Source: Isurus oxyrinchus (Eukaryota). Taken from it: a stretch of DNA of 64,000 nucleotides. Below are positions 25,315-39,687 of the stretch, piece by piece; the first letter of the stretch is position 1; every line of letters starts with the position of its first letter. The DNA lies in NCBI GenBank assembly GCA_026770705.1, contig JANJGN010000009.1, forward strand, positions 79,794,001-79,858,000, written 5' to 3'. The notes under the pieces are model-generated. The model had not been told where the DNA came from. It was given only the letters and a program-made list of their open reading frames with translations, and did not search any database. The translations under genes and the position numbers were made by a program.

Positions 25315-25958
25315 CTTTAATTTTTCAGGTGATAGCCCTTTAATTAGTAGGAAGCGGGATTTCCATCTGCCTCCAGGAGGAAGTCCCACCTCATAGAGCT
25401 GCCAGCCAATCAGAGGCCAGCAGCTCTATCTCATAACAGGATCAATGGCCACTGCCAGTATTGCAGGAGACCTGGCAGGAAGAGAAGCCCAAACCCAGGT
25501 AAATCTGGGATCTCGCCAGGGCCATGTTGGCAGGGGGAAGGGGAGAGAGGACAAGGCAGGACAGTTGTGGGGAGGAAAGTGTGGATGTGGGGAAGCAAAA
25601 CTGTGGGGTGAGCCCACAATTGGCACAGAGGGCCCAGGAAGGAGGTACTCCTTCTTTCACTGATCAGCAGCCCATAGGGTCAAACTTGCCAGGCTACATG
25701 TTAGGCGCAGGCCTCTCCCAGAGCTCATTATGTTGGAGTGGCAGGTGAGGCCCTTAATTGGGAATTAATTGCCCACTTAAGAGCTTCAACTGGGCCAAGG
25801 AAGGATGGCCTACCTGGTGCCTCCCCCGTTACCTGTAAATTGTGGTGGGGGTGAAGGTGGGCAGGCCAGTGCTGAGCACACCACCGATGGCATTGTACCC
25901 TAATTTACATTCCACCCATCTGTTTTCCTGCTCACAGGTGGCACATAAAATTAAGCCC
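25315..25958. mobile_element. Degenerate Harbinger-type MITE
   Basis: Ends gctttaatttt / aaaattaagccc and cccttaattgg motifs. Confidence 0.5.
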
Positions 25959-28524
25959 TATGTTTCTGTGTTTGCTGACACATTTTGAGCAACTACTGAG
26001 AGCTCAATATGTAGTGAACTGCATTCTTATACTACACTGTTAATGGGCTAAATTCCTCTTATTAGTTCCAACATTTCAACACTCTTTCATTATTGCGTTG
26101 AAGCATCAGTCTAGATTATGAGCTGGTTTCTTGGTGTAGGATCTATACAATTTCTTCATGCACTGAGGATTGTGTACAAACTGACTTTCAGCTTTTAACT
26201 TTCTTCAATACTGAGGTGGATTTCCTCACACCAGTAAAGGCACAGATGGAGATAGAGATGCAGTTTATTTTGTGTATAAATTCTGAGTTTAATTCCGATT
26301 CACACATTATGGACATAAGTTTGACACAAATAATGACATGGTTCCTACAAACTGATCACATTACCTCACACATTTCGAATATGTCAGAAACAGTGAAGGG
26401 ACAGTCATTTTGAGTCATTGGGTAACAAAACAGCTGGCATTGGAGATCACCTGGAATGCTGACCTTGCAATATACAGTGTCATGCAGTCCTTACTTCAGC
26501 AAAAAATATGATTGGATTGAATGTGATTTAGTAAAAATCAATAAGCACTAGTTTGAGATGCAAACCATGTCTGGTTTGATTTCACCTTTCAAACTCAGTA
26601 ACATTCAGCCTTGATCCTAATATATAGTAAATATTGTTCTACTTATTTCTTTAAATCTGTTTAGCCATTGTCATACAGGCTAGTCTTGTCACTGGATTAG
26701 TACCAGCATGCTAAAGAGAAAATTGCATTTGTAATACCATGCTTTAAAGCTGTGCCAAATATGACACTTATATAATACTCTTCATTAGTCCGAATAGTTC
26801 CACCACCAATGGTGTCAGCACCTCTATAGAGATATATATATAACTCAAAAGCATTTCCTCCAGGTACAGCTGAAGTTCAAGATGATATTGTAGAGTAGAT
26901 TCTTCAAGACCTCACACTCATTGAGTACCTCACACGCCTTAAGTGGGGAACTGGAAAATCTAACCATGAAAATTTCATACCTTGTTCATTGCTGAAACTC
27001 TAGTGACAAGCCTGTGGAGATACACTAACTACAGCATAATGCTTCATAGTGTGTAATACCTGAATTACTGACCCCAGTGTAGGTCTGTCTGAGCCCAGTG
27101 GAAAACATCAGAGAGACCGATACTCTGGGTCCCCATTGATTTCAGGTTCTTCTAGTCAGCATCTTCTACTCTGGGAGTTCCTGCATCCCCAGCTCAAATG
27201 GGAACTGGCTTAACATTGGAAGCTAAGCTAAGTGAAGCTTACTGTCTTCCAGAAGAATAAGGGTTCCTTTTTACAAAAATTGGACTTTGCAAGTGGCCTA
27301 AAAGAGATCTGAGAAACTCTTGCTCCACAACCCACCCCTCCACCTCCTCCCCCTCCCCAAAATTGCAAGCAGATGCTTGATTTATCAGCTATATAGGAAG
27401 CTAGAGATATACCTGTAGTACTGTAGCAGTTGATCCCATAAACTTTAGCATCGTAGCCCATAGAATTTTGGGTCAATATATTTATTGATTGAGATTATGC
27501 CATCCATTTTCATGGCTGTACCTCAACCCATACAATTTTGAAAGAGCTAGATTTGGGTTGGTGCTACAAGTGCCAAACCATTTTCTTTTGTAGAACCAGC
27601 GAGTCAGTTCATTTTGCCAATTTGAATGTCTTGCATGCCACTGCTGTTTGTTGACATGTCTAATGCTGGGATGTCCCAATTTACATGTGTTAGATGTGAT
27701 TCAAGGCAGTAACCTACGAAAGATTGTATCCTGTGTTATATTCATTGCCCTCTGTGTTAATTATACAAATTAGAACCTCCCAGTACCTCAGCTCATTATC
27801 AGGTGAATTCAGCATTTCTTCATTGAGTCATGCTTGAAGTGACTGGTCAGAGATAGCCCTGATTCTTTAATACTGGCTCCTTTGATTCTGGCTCAACATT
27901 AAGAGTGTGGAATAATTTCTGAGCCATGCTGTGAAAAATCTCTGAAAAAAAACTATTTAGAATAAGTAATATTCATAAATCCCCAAGCAACACAGTGAAT
28001 ATTCAACATGACAGAGGCTTTTGTTGAGATTCAGCTTACAGCAGACAAAATTCCTCATATATATTGGCTGGAAGAATGTGATGAAATCTCATTTGTAACC
28101 TGAAGCTATGTATTTTAACATGAGCCTGAGATTAGCATTTGAATTAAAGTGACTGAAAAAATATTTATATCTTTAATTTTAGTTAACAGGATACTTCATA
28201 TTTTTCTGAATCTTCTGACCATGTTGCACAGAAAGGATTTAGAAAGTTACTTTAAACTTGTATTTTAAAACCTAGAATGTTCATGCAAGTTGAAAAAGGT
28301 AAAGATGTGCGACAGGATAGTTTTGATGTTGCATTCCCGATGACCAAAAGTAATTGATCCAATAGACTGCTTCAGGAATCGAAAATTGTCACAAAACGAT
28401 TGTTATAGGAAGTCCTATTACAATGAATGGGAAAATAAATGTTACCATACCAGAAGGGTACTAATGTCAAAAAAGCCTGACTACATTTTAACACCCATTT
28501 CTTGTTGTCAGAAAGAGGAATATG

Positions 28525-28905
28525 CTGATGTAATGGTTATGTTATTGAACTAGTAGTTAGATGCTTGCACTAATAATCCAGGGAAAGCAAATTCAAATCC
28601 CTCCATTGCAGTTAATGACACTTGAATTCTATTAAAAACAAAAAGGAAATTTTAAAAAGTGCTGCTATCAGTGAAAAACTGACCATGAAAGCTATCAGAT
28701 TGTCATAAAAACCCAACTGTTTATTAATATCCTTTAGGGAAACAAACTTGCTATCATTGTCCATATTAACCTACATGTAAATCAAGTCACACACAAGTGT
28801 GATCGATTATAAACTTTTGGAATGACCCAACAAGCCATTCAGTTGCCTCAGGGATGGGTAATAAATGGTGACAATGCCCATATCTGGACAATAAATCTTT
28901 TTTTA
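28525..28905 (+). mobile_element. HE1-like SINE
   Basis: taatggttat...actag...taatccag...ttcaaatccc head, gaccatgaaa...tcctttagggaa body, and gggatggg.aataaatg tail. Confidence 0.7.
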
Positions 28906-29864
28906 AAGAACTCTAATATATTGCATATACTTCTTGGAATTATATTTGAGCTGACAAAGGATGTGTTTTCCACTTGACATCCTGTGTTAAGTATAGCACA
29001 GGTCAGATCCATAATAAATCCCTCTAGACTCCCCTATACTCGCATAAGGTATATAATTCTTGGCTGCAAAATAAGTTATCCCCTGCTGCATAAATATGGC
29101 ATCTTCATTCTCCAGATCAGTCAGCCTAATGGCTTGAATAATGTTGCCCAATTAAAAGTCAGTCAGTGGTCATTTGTAGCTAGCCTTTTGCTACAGACCT
29201 AGTGCCTGTTATTAATTGGGTTGAGACTAACATAACTCACAAAGGACTTTCAGAACCAAAAAAAGGAGACTTGTATCTTCAAATTGGATTTCAATGGAAT
29301 GAAGGTCGCATGAGTTCAATGACAGCACACAAAATGCTCCACCTGGTTATTGTCCTTGTGGTGAACATTACCCTTATATGATCCTAAAATGGAGCCTCAT
29401 AGATCCCTCAAGCCATGTAAGTGTTGAAGAGAAGACTCATGAAGCTGATAGTGAGTGCTGAAGGTTTCATTACAAACCAGAATTTCCTTTGGGGCTTCTC
29501 TAGCTCAAACATCATAACTTTGGTAGAAGGCCTATTTACATCATAGGTTGGACAGCAGAAGCCCTGAAGAAAGGCTGAAGAAATAGGGAATCTTTGGCCT
29601 TGAGAAAATGCAACTAAGAAGGAATCTTATGGAAGTAGATCTCTTGTCTTATTAAAAAATCCCAGTGTCTATGTATGCTTTCTGTGCTCAAAACCTTACA
29701 GCCCATTGTCACATTCTTGTCATGTGTGTGTTAAAATGTTACCGTTACAAGTATATTTGTCCATATTTATAATGGAAAATATTACTGTAGTGCTGACTTC
29801 TATATTAATTGAATGTTCCAATTGAAAGAATGTAAATACTTTAAGAAATATCATTTAAATTGCA

Positions 29865-31100
29865 CTTTTGACAACTTCAGCAGGTCCCAAAGTACTTCAC
29901 AGCCAACAAATACTTCTGGATTGCAGTTACTGTGGGAATGTAGAAAAACATGCAATTTGCAAAAAGCAAGGTCCCACAAAGAGCAATGTGATAAATAAGC
30001 AGATAATCTATTATAGTGAAAGTGATTGAGAGATAAATGTTGCCCATGAAAGATAATAAATTATCTTGCCCTTTTTGGAATATTGCTATGGGAATTTATA
30101 GGTCCTGAAAGAGGAGGCAATGGTCTGAATTTTTCCACAGACATGGGACCCCAATGTTGCAATGAAAACCTGGTACCGTGCCCAGACTTACAGGCAGTGG
30201 GACCGGCTCAGCAATTTTACTGCTGGAAGCCTCCTAATTAGCTGCCTGCTTCCAATTAAGAATGGTGGATGGGCTCAGGGTGACTAACGCTTATGAACTA
30301 AAATAAAAGCCACTTCAACTGAGGGATTTATGGTGGGGTGCTGGTGAACATAAGAGTGGGAGTGGGGTCCCTGCTGGTAACCATATGGGCAGGGGCTTGG
30401 TCCCCCAAAACCTGCCCTAGAAATAACAGACAATGGTGGCCCTTAGGGGATGCAGGCCAAACAATCTCTTAAAATATGGGACAGTTGGCCATCCTGGGTG
30501 GGCTCCAGATGTTGCTGGCCCAATCACAGGGCTGACAGCTCTGATGCCTCAGTAGCACCACCTGGTGGCTACTGAGGAATACAGGAGACCTCAGGAGATC
30601 GACCAGGTCAGCTAAAAAAAAATTAAAGGTTCAGAGGGCCGAGGGTTGAGGGAAAACCCTCTGTGGAGATGCTGGGGCTGTGTGGGTGCCTTCTTATCTT
30701 GCGGTCTCCTTCTTTAGGTCATTGTGCCTCTGGCTACAAAGGACCCCCTCCTTCGTTGCTGCAGGTAGGCCACCTCCATTGAGCTGTTGGCCTCCCCACG
30801 TGGAGGAAGTTGCCCCGCCACACTGGCAAAATGCTGGCAGCCCCCTAAAATGATCCTTAATTGAGTCTTGGCTGCCTGCCTCCTTGGAGAAGGTAGCCAA
30901 TCTGCATCCGGTCTCGCGACTGGGAAAATCCCAGGTGGGGCGACCACATTGGGCAGCCATCCTGAGGTGGCTCCCTGATATTTTACTTGAACCTCCTGCC
31001 TTCATTCCCGCCACCTGGGAGTTGGTAAAGTTCAGGCCAATGCCTTGATTTAATGTCTCGTCTGAAGATGCAACTCTGACAGTAGTGGATCTCACTGAAA
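29865..31100 (-). mobile_element. Deu-domain-like SINE split by a MITE (MITE at ~30122-31038)
   Basis: Reverse strand cttcagacgagacattaaatcaagg at ~31045-31070 and body at 29865-30115. MITE ends GGTCTGAATTTT / AAAGTTCAGGCC. Confidence 0.6.
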
Positions 31101-31934
31101 TTGGTAAACACTGCGTTCTAACCTCTCAAACTAATGCAAAGCTCCCCATTTGCGTGCATACATAAGCATGTATAAGTCAGCAATTTAAAACAAAAAATAA
31201 ATGTATAAAACACCTTTATTCATGGACTCAGATCCTTGAGGCCTAGCCATGGATAAATCAAAGCATCTGAGAGATTCTATTCTAAATGGGCAGGCATTGT
31301 AGCAATTTCTGCCAGCCGATCATGAACATGTATGAGCTCTGAGACTTGAGAAGCCAACACAGTAAGGCAGACAGTGTAATGTAAATTCTAATTAGCCATT
31401 CCATTTTAACTTCTCAGTGTTATTATCATTCCCCAATGATATAATTCAAACATGAGGCATTTAGAATGGTGCATTATGCTCAACAGTTTATACCTCCAAC
31501 AGATCAGTGCACCTAATGCCTTGAACTATCACTATCTTGAAGTTGGTCTCTTCTCTGCCAAACATATCAAATAATAACCATGATACAAACCCCCCGGAGC
31601 AGCATGAAAGCTGCTACCAATTAGGAGAGAGATAGAGTCAGATTCTAAGATCAAAGGAAAATTATATTATAGAATCCTGAAAGTATTCAAATTTACTTTT
31701 CTGCAGAGTTGCTTACGTAGATGGTGTGTTTTTTGGGGGGCGGGGGTGAAATGGAGGAAGATTTACCAACACGGATGGCAAAAAACAGAATATGAGAATA
31801 ACAATATTTTTGACATTTTCTTGTACAATCAGACACTTCTGCTCTTGCTAAAGCAACTTGCAACATTAACAAAGGACGAATGTTTGTCATGCTATGACCG
31901 GTTGAGTTAATCCTCCATAAAATAGGTGGGAAAG

Positions 31935-32844
31935 TAAGTTGCAATGAAGAAATAAGAAATTTACAAATGGATATGGACAGGTTAGGTGAATGGGCCAAAA
32001 TTTGGCAGATGGAGTTTAACATGGATAAGTGTGAGGTTATCCATTTTGGTCAGAAGAATAAAAAGGTGCCTTATTATTTAAATGGAGAGAAACTTCAGAA
32101 TGCTTGAGTGCAGAGGGATCTGGGTGTCCTCATGCATGAATCACTGAAAGCTAGTATGCAGGCACAGCAGGTAATAAGGAAGGCAAATGGAATTTTGGCA
32201 TTTATTGTTAAAGGAATAGAATATAAAAATAGGGAAGTGTTGTTGCACCTGTACAAGGCATTGGTGAGACCGCACCTGGAGTTCTGTGCACAGTTTTGGT
32301 CCTCTTACTTCAGGAAGGATGTAGTTGCTTTGGAGGCGATTCAGAAGAGGTTCACTAGATTGATTTCAGAGATGCGGGCTTTGTCTTATGAGGAGAGATT
32401 GAACAGTTTAGGCCTATACTTGCTAGAGTTTAGAAGGATGAGAGGAGATCTAATTGAGGTGTGTAAGGTGCTAAAGGAGATAGACTAAGTAGATGTGGAA
32501 CGGACGTTTCCCCTTGTGGGGCATTCTAGAACGAGAGGCCATAGATTTAGGCTAAGGGGTGGTAGATCTAAATCAGATATGAGGAGGAATTACTTTTCTC
32601 AAAGGGTCGTGAATCTGTGGAATTCACTATCTCAGAGTTCAATGGATGCCGGGGTGCTGAATTAATTTAAGGAGGGGATAGACAGATTTTTAATTAGTAA
32701 TGGGTTGAAAGGTTATATGGAGAGGGCGGGAAATTGGAGTTGAGGCTGAAATGAGATCAGCCATGATCGTATTGAATGGCGGGGCAGGCTCGAGGGGCTG
32801 AATTGCCTACTCCTGCTCCTAGTTCTTATGTTTTCCTATGTTCT
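31935..32844 (+). mobile_element. CR1 LINE 3' ~900 bp
   Basis: ORF 32108-32488 (QRDLGVLMHESLK...LYKALVRPHLEFCAQFW), CR1 3' UTR and ttcttatgtt...cctatgttct tail. Confidence 0.9.
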
Positions 32845-33436
32845 AAAATGAAGACAAGCTTGCTGTAGTGTCCTTCCAAGGGTTCATTCATCAATCTAGA
32901 GTGCTGCTTAACCATATAAATCAGGAAGCTCTAAGCTCCTATTCTTGTTCCATGATGTTTCAATTTGGCTATGGTAGTGGTGGGGTAGCTACAATTAGAT
33001 TGAGTATCACTGGGTTAGATAAGGAAAGAAAAACTACATGATATTTTTCCTTGATAACCATCATAATCACCCTGCTGCATGGCAAGAACATATTTGTGGT
33101 TCTGGGATCTCTCTGATTGGGTCTCATTTGGCACAGTGGAGAAAAACACAATGAAGACCTGGCGGGTAACATCTGCTAAGCAGTGCTTAGCATCCAATTC
33201 AATGGGCAGATGGGTGGTGTATTGAGATGGAAACCATTAAATGGCGATCCTCTTCCCGCCCATTCTGGGCAAAGAATGGATGGAAAACAACTGGCAGTCT
33301 CTGGAAAATTGGGGAACAATATAGGCGAGTGTGGAAAAGAGGGTCCTGGGATTGTCTCATGAGAAGGAAGGGCCCCAAAAAGAATATACAAAAGTACCTG
33401 GAAAAACTCAGCAGGTCTGGCAACAGGTAATTCTGT

Positions 33437-36400
33437 TAAAATGCAGCCACGCGCACATCTCTAGTGCTCCCAGCCCAGGACTGCTGCATGGAACACATGG
33501 CCCTGAAAGGCAAGAAGACTACAGCCCCTGGTTTAGTGAAGCATCCCTTGAGCGCCTGTTGGACACCACGGAGGCCCGCTGTGATGTCCTCTACCCTGCT
33601 CTGGCCACAGGAGGGGCAGCAGCATCACCAATCCAGCATGGGAGGCGGTGGCAATGGTGGTCAGTGCCAATGCACTGCAAAAGAGGACAGCCATCCAGTC
33701 CTGTAACAGGATGAATGGTTATATCTATTTCACCAGGAAAAGTCACTGTTCTCAACTCACACACTCTCAAACCCATTACATATCCACAGGGATCTCACAC
33801 CTCAAGGGACAGCATCACTAACTCTCACACACACCCTCACATCTCCATCAGGCTCATATCCTCTCCAGCTCGCATCCTCATCCCATCCATGGCTCCTCTC
33901 ACCACACAAACATTCCAGGCAGTGCCAAGCATCCTGCTCACACTCTCTCCATCTGTTTTCATGCAGGCTCACAACAGCAGGGAGAGGTCCAGACAAGAGG
34001 TGGAGTGTCCCACAGTAGACCCCTCACTCACTTTGAGGAGCATGCCATCATGCTGACTGGTGAGGACATGGATGTGCCTGCGGCGACAGTGAGGTCAGTG
34101 GTGAACAACCACATGTGCACCACATCATCTCTCTCTCAACGCAAATGTGAGTGCTCTCCCTCCTACTTTTGACTCTGCTGCCATGCACTAATTATCTCTA
34201 CTTTGTTTCACAGGGAGCTCTGCCAAGCAACTAACGCCCTCAGCCAGCCAAGAGGTCGCGTTCTCCATTGAAGAGGTGGAAATAAGCAGCCTGGAAGGTT
34301 CACCACAGCACTTCCCACAGCCTCCACAAGCGCAGAGACACACACCTCGGTGGGACCTAGAACTTGAGCAGGCTCAGGTTCACATTCTGGTGGTCACTGC
34401 ATGGATAAGTGTCCATAGCAGGAAGAGGCAAGTTCAACTGAGCTCCCCGGCAGTCGGAGGGCTGCTGAGGAAGAGGCATCAGTAAGGTTTGAGTCAGATG
34501 ATGACCCTCTGGATTCGACCTTCCAACTCATCATGGAGACTCAGCAGCAGGCAGGGGAACATCATGCAGAGCTGCTGAAAGCCATAAACAGAGTGGCACG
34601 TGAGTTGGAGGGGTGAGTCCACCTGTTCTTTTATGAAATGGTGCCCACATATGTGCAAATAGAGGTCTCCATGGGAAGGATGGTGGACGCCATGGAGACC
34701 CTGGTCCAGCAGAATGCAGAGATGCATGCAGGGCTGTACCCATCACAGTTGCCACGGTTGAGTTCCTGCAGTGACAGTGCGAGGGGGTACGGGGCATCTG
34801 GCATCCCTCCAGGTGCTCTTTCCCCTCAGGGAGTCAGGCTGGGGCCTTCAGGCACCTGAAGGGAGAAGGAGCAGCAGCTGAACTCACTCCTGGTTCATCC
34901 ACTCAGGAATCTCAGAGGCTGTCCTCTCCCTCTGAGTCCCCTTTGCCTGTGAACCCCTCAACCTCGTCCTCTGTCACTGCACAGGGAGCAGCTGGACCAC
35001 AGGAGGGCAGCCAAAGTAAGCTGGGGCCCCCAAGGCCTTGGTTCTCCAGAGGACCCGTGCTGAAGTCATCAGAGGCAACAGGGCCAACCATTGCACAGGC
35101 TGCCTCCACCCTTGCTGCAGATGTCAGGACAACAGCTAGAAGTCTATAGCATAGAAAAGTCAAGAAATTCTGGTCACAGTTGGTTGCACGAGTGAACACA
35201 GTTTGTCACTTCACAAACTGAAAATGTATTCAGTTTCACTCAACGTGGAGTGGTGTGCTTTAGCTTTTAACTTCATTTCCAGGCTTTGCGAGTCCACCCC
35301 TGTATCCACCGCTGCCACAGCCACCACCCCCCCCCACCCACCCCCCGCCCCGGACTCCCTGCAACTAGCAGTTCAGTTGCACACAGCCAGCTCACAAATG
35401 ATTCTGGAGGGAGAAGTGTGTGTGTGGCAAGCCTTTCAGAGCATCATGCAAGCCTTCTCCCACACATGCAGATCCTTCCCCAATCACATTCATTTCAATA
35501 CTGCCAGCTGGGGCTCACTTTCAGCTGTCCATCTGAGCTGACCTGCATGTCTGTCCACCCACTGATCATACTTCCATGCAGCTCCTGTTCTCACCCACCA
35601 CGAGTCTCATTTCACTTTCAATTAAACAAGCATGGTAGTGGTACAGTTTTTCTTCCCCCTCCCCCAGTCATCCATTTCCTTTTCCGCATCACTGTTGACC
35701 TTCCCCGGCATCACCTTCCATCTCCCCACTGTCATCTACCAGCCACAAACCTTTTCTTTCGGGGATGTCCAGGTGCCCTTCCTTCCCAAAAATCCCACCC
35801 CCATCCACATTAACGCCCTGACCTCCTCCTTCCCACCTCCAGGATCCATGTCTGCCTCCGAGTACCTACCTACCACCCTTGTCGTCCCTTCTATCGATAC
35901 CGTCGCACCCTCATCCTCTCATATCACCTCACTCTCACCATTTACTCATACTACAACCACCCTCAGTTCGCTCCCCAGGAGGCAGTCATGAGCTCAACAA
36001 AGCCCTCCCTCGCATATTCACCTGGACATCCCCACTTGGAACTCCTCCATCCAACCCCCCCCCCCCTCAAACACCTTCAAATTACGCACCCCCAGACTCC
36101 TCCATCCCTCTTAGTCCTTCCCCTTTCCTCCATCCTTACTTCTTCCTCCATCCTTATTTTTTCCTCCAGCCTTACTCCTTCCCCCTTCCTGACTCCTTCC
36201 TCAGGCTTACTTCTTCCCCTCTCTGGGCTCCTTTCTCCCCTGGACTCCTTCCTCCCCCTGGACTCCTTTCCCTCTCCCCTCTGTGATCCCTCCCCTCTCC
36301 AGACTCCTTCTCCCCTCTAGCTTCCTTCCCTTACATCTTCCTCCCCCCTTACATCTACCTCCCCATTTGCCGGATTACTCCCTTCTTCCCCCCCCCCCAT

Positions 36401-36708
36401 ACTCCCTCCCACCCCCCCGAAATACACTTTCATTCCACCCCCCCCAACCTCATCCCCCACTGCCGTGCTTGAATGATCCAGCATGGGGGGATGATTCCGG
36501 TGAGCTGAGATTATGATGCTGTGCAGATGTATTACAATGAAGTCCCCGACATCTGACAGTGGAAAACACAGTCTGCCATTAAAGAGATGAGCAGACGATC
36601 GCAAACTGGTTTCACGACATTGTGAAACTGATTTTTGGCCTTCTCGCCATATTGTCTGCACACGCCACCGAACATGCCCAATGCCACCAGGCACGGAAAA
36701 TTCTGCCC
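33437..36708 (+). mobile_element. Harbinger element remnant carrying a decayed intron-containing Myb/SANT-like gene; left end missing
   Basis: APWFSEASLERLLDTTEARCDVLYP is homologous to the 9454-10218 ORF. Intron-like acceptors at ~33966 and ~34213. 36450-36660 matches the reverse complement of 9175-9370. Right TIR GGAAAATTCTGCCC. Confidence 0.78.
36040..36460. repeat. Polypyrimidine low-complexity tract (CCT/CTT-rich)
   Basis: About 420 bp that are almost entirely C/T on the plus strand, inside the Harbinger remnant. Confidence 0.8.
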
Positions 36709-39687
36709 CTAGCTTTTTGCTGTAGAGTTAGCATACTTATGTACTTTTCTCTTTCTAGCCAACTATCACCTCTAATTATTTTACAAAGTTAATATTTGAA
36801 ATCTGGGTAAGCTGCATCACTTGCTTGTTGGATTGGGAATTCAATTCCAGCTGATGGAATGAATGACACCTCGCTGTGCTGATCCTATGTGAAATGTGTT
36901 TTGATAGTTTTTACCTGAAGCACAGTACTGCCCAAAGGTGAGAACCAATGGGTGGTAAATTGGCAACTTCACTGCGTGAAAGGCCATGTTGGTGGAGCTC
37001 TGATATGAATAAGTGATTTTCTTTTTAAAGTGGCAATAAGGGGCGTTGATGGGTCAATGATTTTACATCTGACCAGCTACACATGTTCCTTAATTAATTC
37101 AATTAATTACTGCAGAATTTCTAGATGGCAAAGAATTATCCAAATAACTTAATGCCACCTTGATTACAATTCTAAGCTCACTCTTCCACTCTCGTTGAGC
37201 TTGCCAGTGACAGTCCCTTCCCTGCCCACAATGTGCAATGATGCTGAGATGAGGGAGAAGACACATTCTGGCTTCCCATTCCTATTCCTTCCTGTCTGCC
37301 CTGTTAAGACCAATTTATGGGATCACCTGTAAGAATGTAACAGTTAGCTCATACAGGGAGCCCCAATGTCTGCAAATGGAGGAAGAAAGCTCAGTGGGGT
37401 CTTCCTCTCCCTTGTCTTCCCTTCTTAGATGTACTTACTCGGCTTGTGCCATTTTTTAGGTCCTCTGCCCATCTAAGGTCCTTTACACTCTTCAGGTGCT
37501 GAGGCAGCAGTTTCTCTGGAGCATTACCTGATGTTGCTCAATGACACAGGTAGGCTTCCTTTTTTTAATTTGACCTTGGGACGTAGTGAGGCAGGCAAGA
37601 TCATATTTATTGCCCAGCACTGTTCACGTGGTGGAGATTCTCCATGTAACCTGGTGTTTGCGGTGACTGTATATGCTGGTAGAGATTCTAGGATCCTAAC
37701 CAAGCAATGAAAGAAGAAAGGCAATATTTGCCCAAGCTGGGATGGTGTATTGCTTGGAGAAGAACTTAAAGAGCTGCTGGTATTCTCACAATTCTCACAA
37801 TGTTCTTATTCTTCTTGGTGGTAGACATTACAGAGGAGAAAGGTACTGTTAAACTAATCTTGCCAAATTGCTGCAGCGTGTGCACACTAGAGTTAAAGTG
37901 AGCTAGTTATGGTGGGGAGTGCCCTCTGTGCATGGGTAATGATTCCTGACCTAGCTACACTGAAGCAGAATGGGTGCTAAAGAGTGGCAGGAAAATTAAT
38001 TTGAAGCCCAAGGAAAAATACAATATTCTATCCAGATTCTAGAAGACATTTTGAAATAATCGCTGCAATATACTAGGTTTTTACAGATGAAGTAAAAGCT
38101 TGGTCTATTTTGGGAATGAGAATGGTACCAAATTCAAAAAGATCAGTTTGAGGAAAAGATCACTGCTGGCTTCGGGTTAGAAGGAAATTGAACAGCCCCA
38201 AGGATTAAGAAGAGCTCATTCAGTTTCACTGTGCTGCATCAATTTCCTCTTGACATCCTGTACTACTCCAAATTTATGACACCACTAGGCAGAGATGAAC
38301 CAAAAAAACCTGATGTTAAATTTTCTGAATATAACTGAAGCAAGGAGCTTAAGTCAATGGCTCAAAATCTCTGTTTCCAATAAATTAGTGTTAGAATTAG
38401 CAGACTAGCAGAGGGTATTGTGACTGTGCTTGATGACTTCATAAGACAAAAAGACTATCAATCTTCACCATTTCTTCAATAGCTTATGGTTTGTGAATCT
38501 GTCAAAACTCAACAAAAAAGGAAGGTCGGGGGATAGGTGTATTCTTCCTCTTTTAGTTCTCTGCCCAAACTGACCCACAGGGCCACAACCTCCACCATGG
38601 GTAGGGCAAGAAGGCAGGTCCCAAATCCACCCCAGCCAGAGCAAGGATTTCACCCCTTGTTGATGGCACCAATCTGATCCACACCAAATCCAGCCAACTG
38701 AGCCAATCTGTCCCCCAAGAAGCCCTAGTTGCTATATAACATACATGTTTACATGCATGTTGTAGCCTGGAACTGTGAATGGTGATGGTAGAGGCTCCAA
38801 TTTTCTTTCTATCATATGGTTGACCAGGAATCTCTCCCACTCTTACTGTCTGCCATTGGTGGATGTTGGAAGGATTTACAGGTTGATTCTCAACCTGGTT
38901 TGGCCACATTATGAATGCACCTTCCCTGGCCATCAAGTCCTGGGCCAGAATTTTATGCAACCGCACCAGTGGGTTTTTAGGTGGGGCGGGGTGGGGGAGT
39001 CTGAAATTGAAGGGATGGGATTCCCTCTTGGTTCTCGCTGCTGGGCTGGCCAAAGCCAACTTTTGCCCCTATAAGGTTTTAAGTGACCAATTATTGGTCA
39101 CTTAAGGGCCATTATAAATGTGGACATAAGATTATATGATTATATGACTTTAAAATGATCCAGTTATGTCCTGCCCTCTGACCTCACTTCATCTGAAGGC
39201 TACAAGTGGTCTGGATTGCCTTGCCTGGATTTTCCTCTTTCTTGATCCATTTCCATGGTTAAGGTCACTTTGGTTGCACAGTGCTCACCTAGTGAAAGTC
39301 CTACCACCAAGATGTATTTTCAAGTATCCGTTCATGAGATGTGGGTGTCATTGGCGAGGCCAACATTTATTGCCCATCCCAATTGCCCTTGAGAAGATGG
39401 CTGAGCTGCCTTCTTGAAATGCTGCAGCTCATGTGGTGTAGATGTAGCCATAGTGTTATTAAGGAGGGAGTTCCAGGGTTTTGACTCAACAGTCAGGATG
39501 TTGTGTGACTTGGAGGGAAACTTGTAGGTGGTGATATTCCCATGCATTGGAGCTATGAAAATGAAGCCTGCCTAAGTTCAGCCACATGATTCCAGCAGTA
39601 TTGCAGAATTCTACACCCAGGCAGGTTAATAGGAAGAAGTATCCTGAAGATCACCAGGCCCACTACCATGCAGACCTCAGCAGACCA

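Noticed and set aside
35203-36694. Cluster of Pro/Leu/Ser-rich ORFs
   Set aside because: Low-complexity pyrimidine tract within a Harbinger remnant that is depleted of stop codons.
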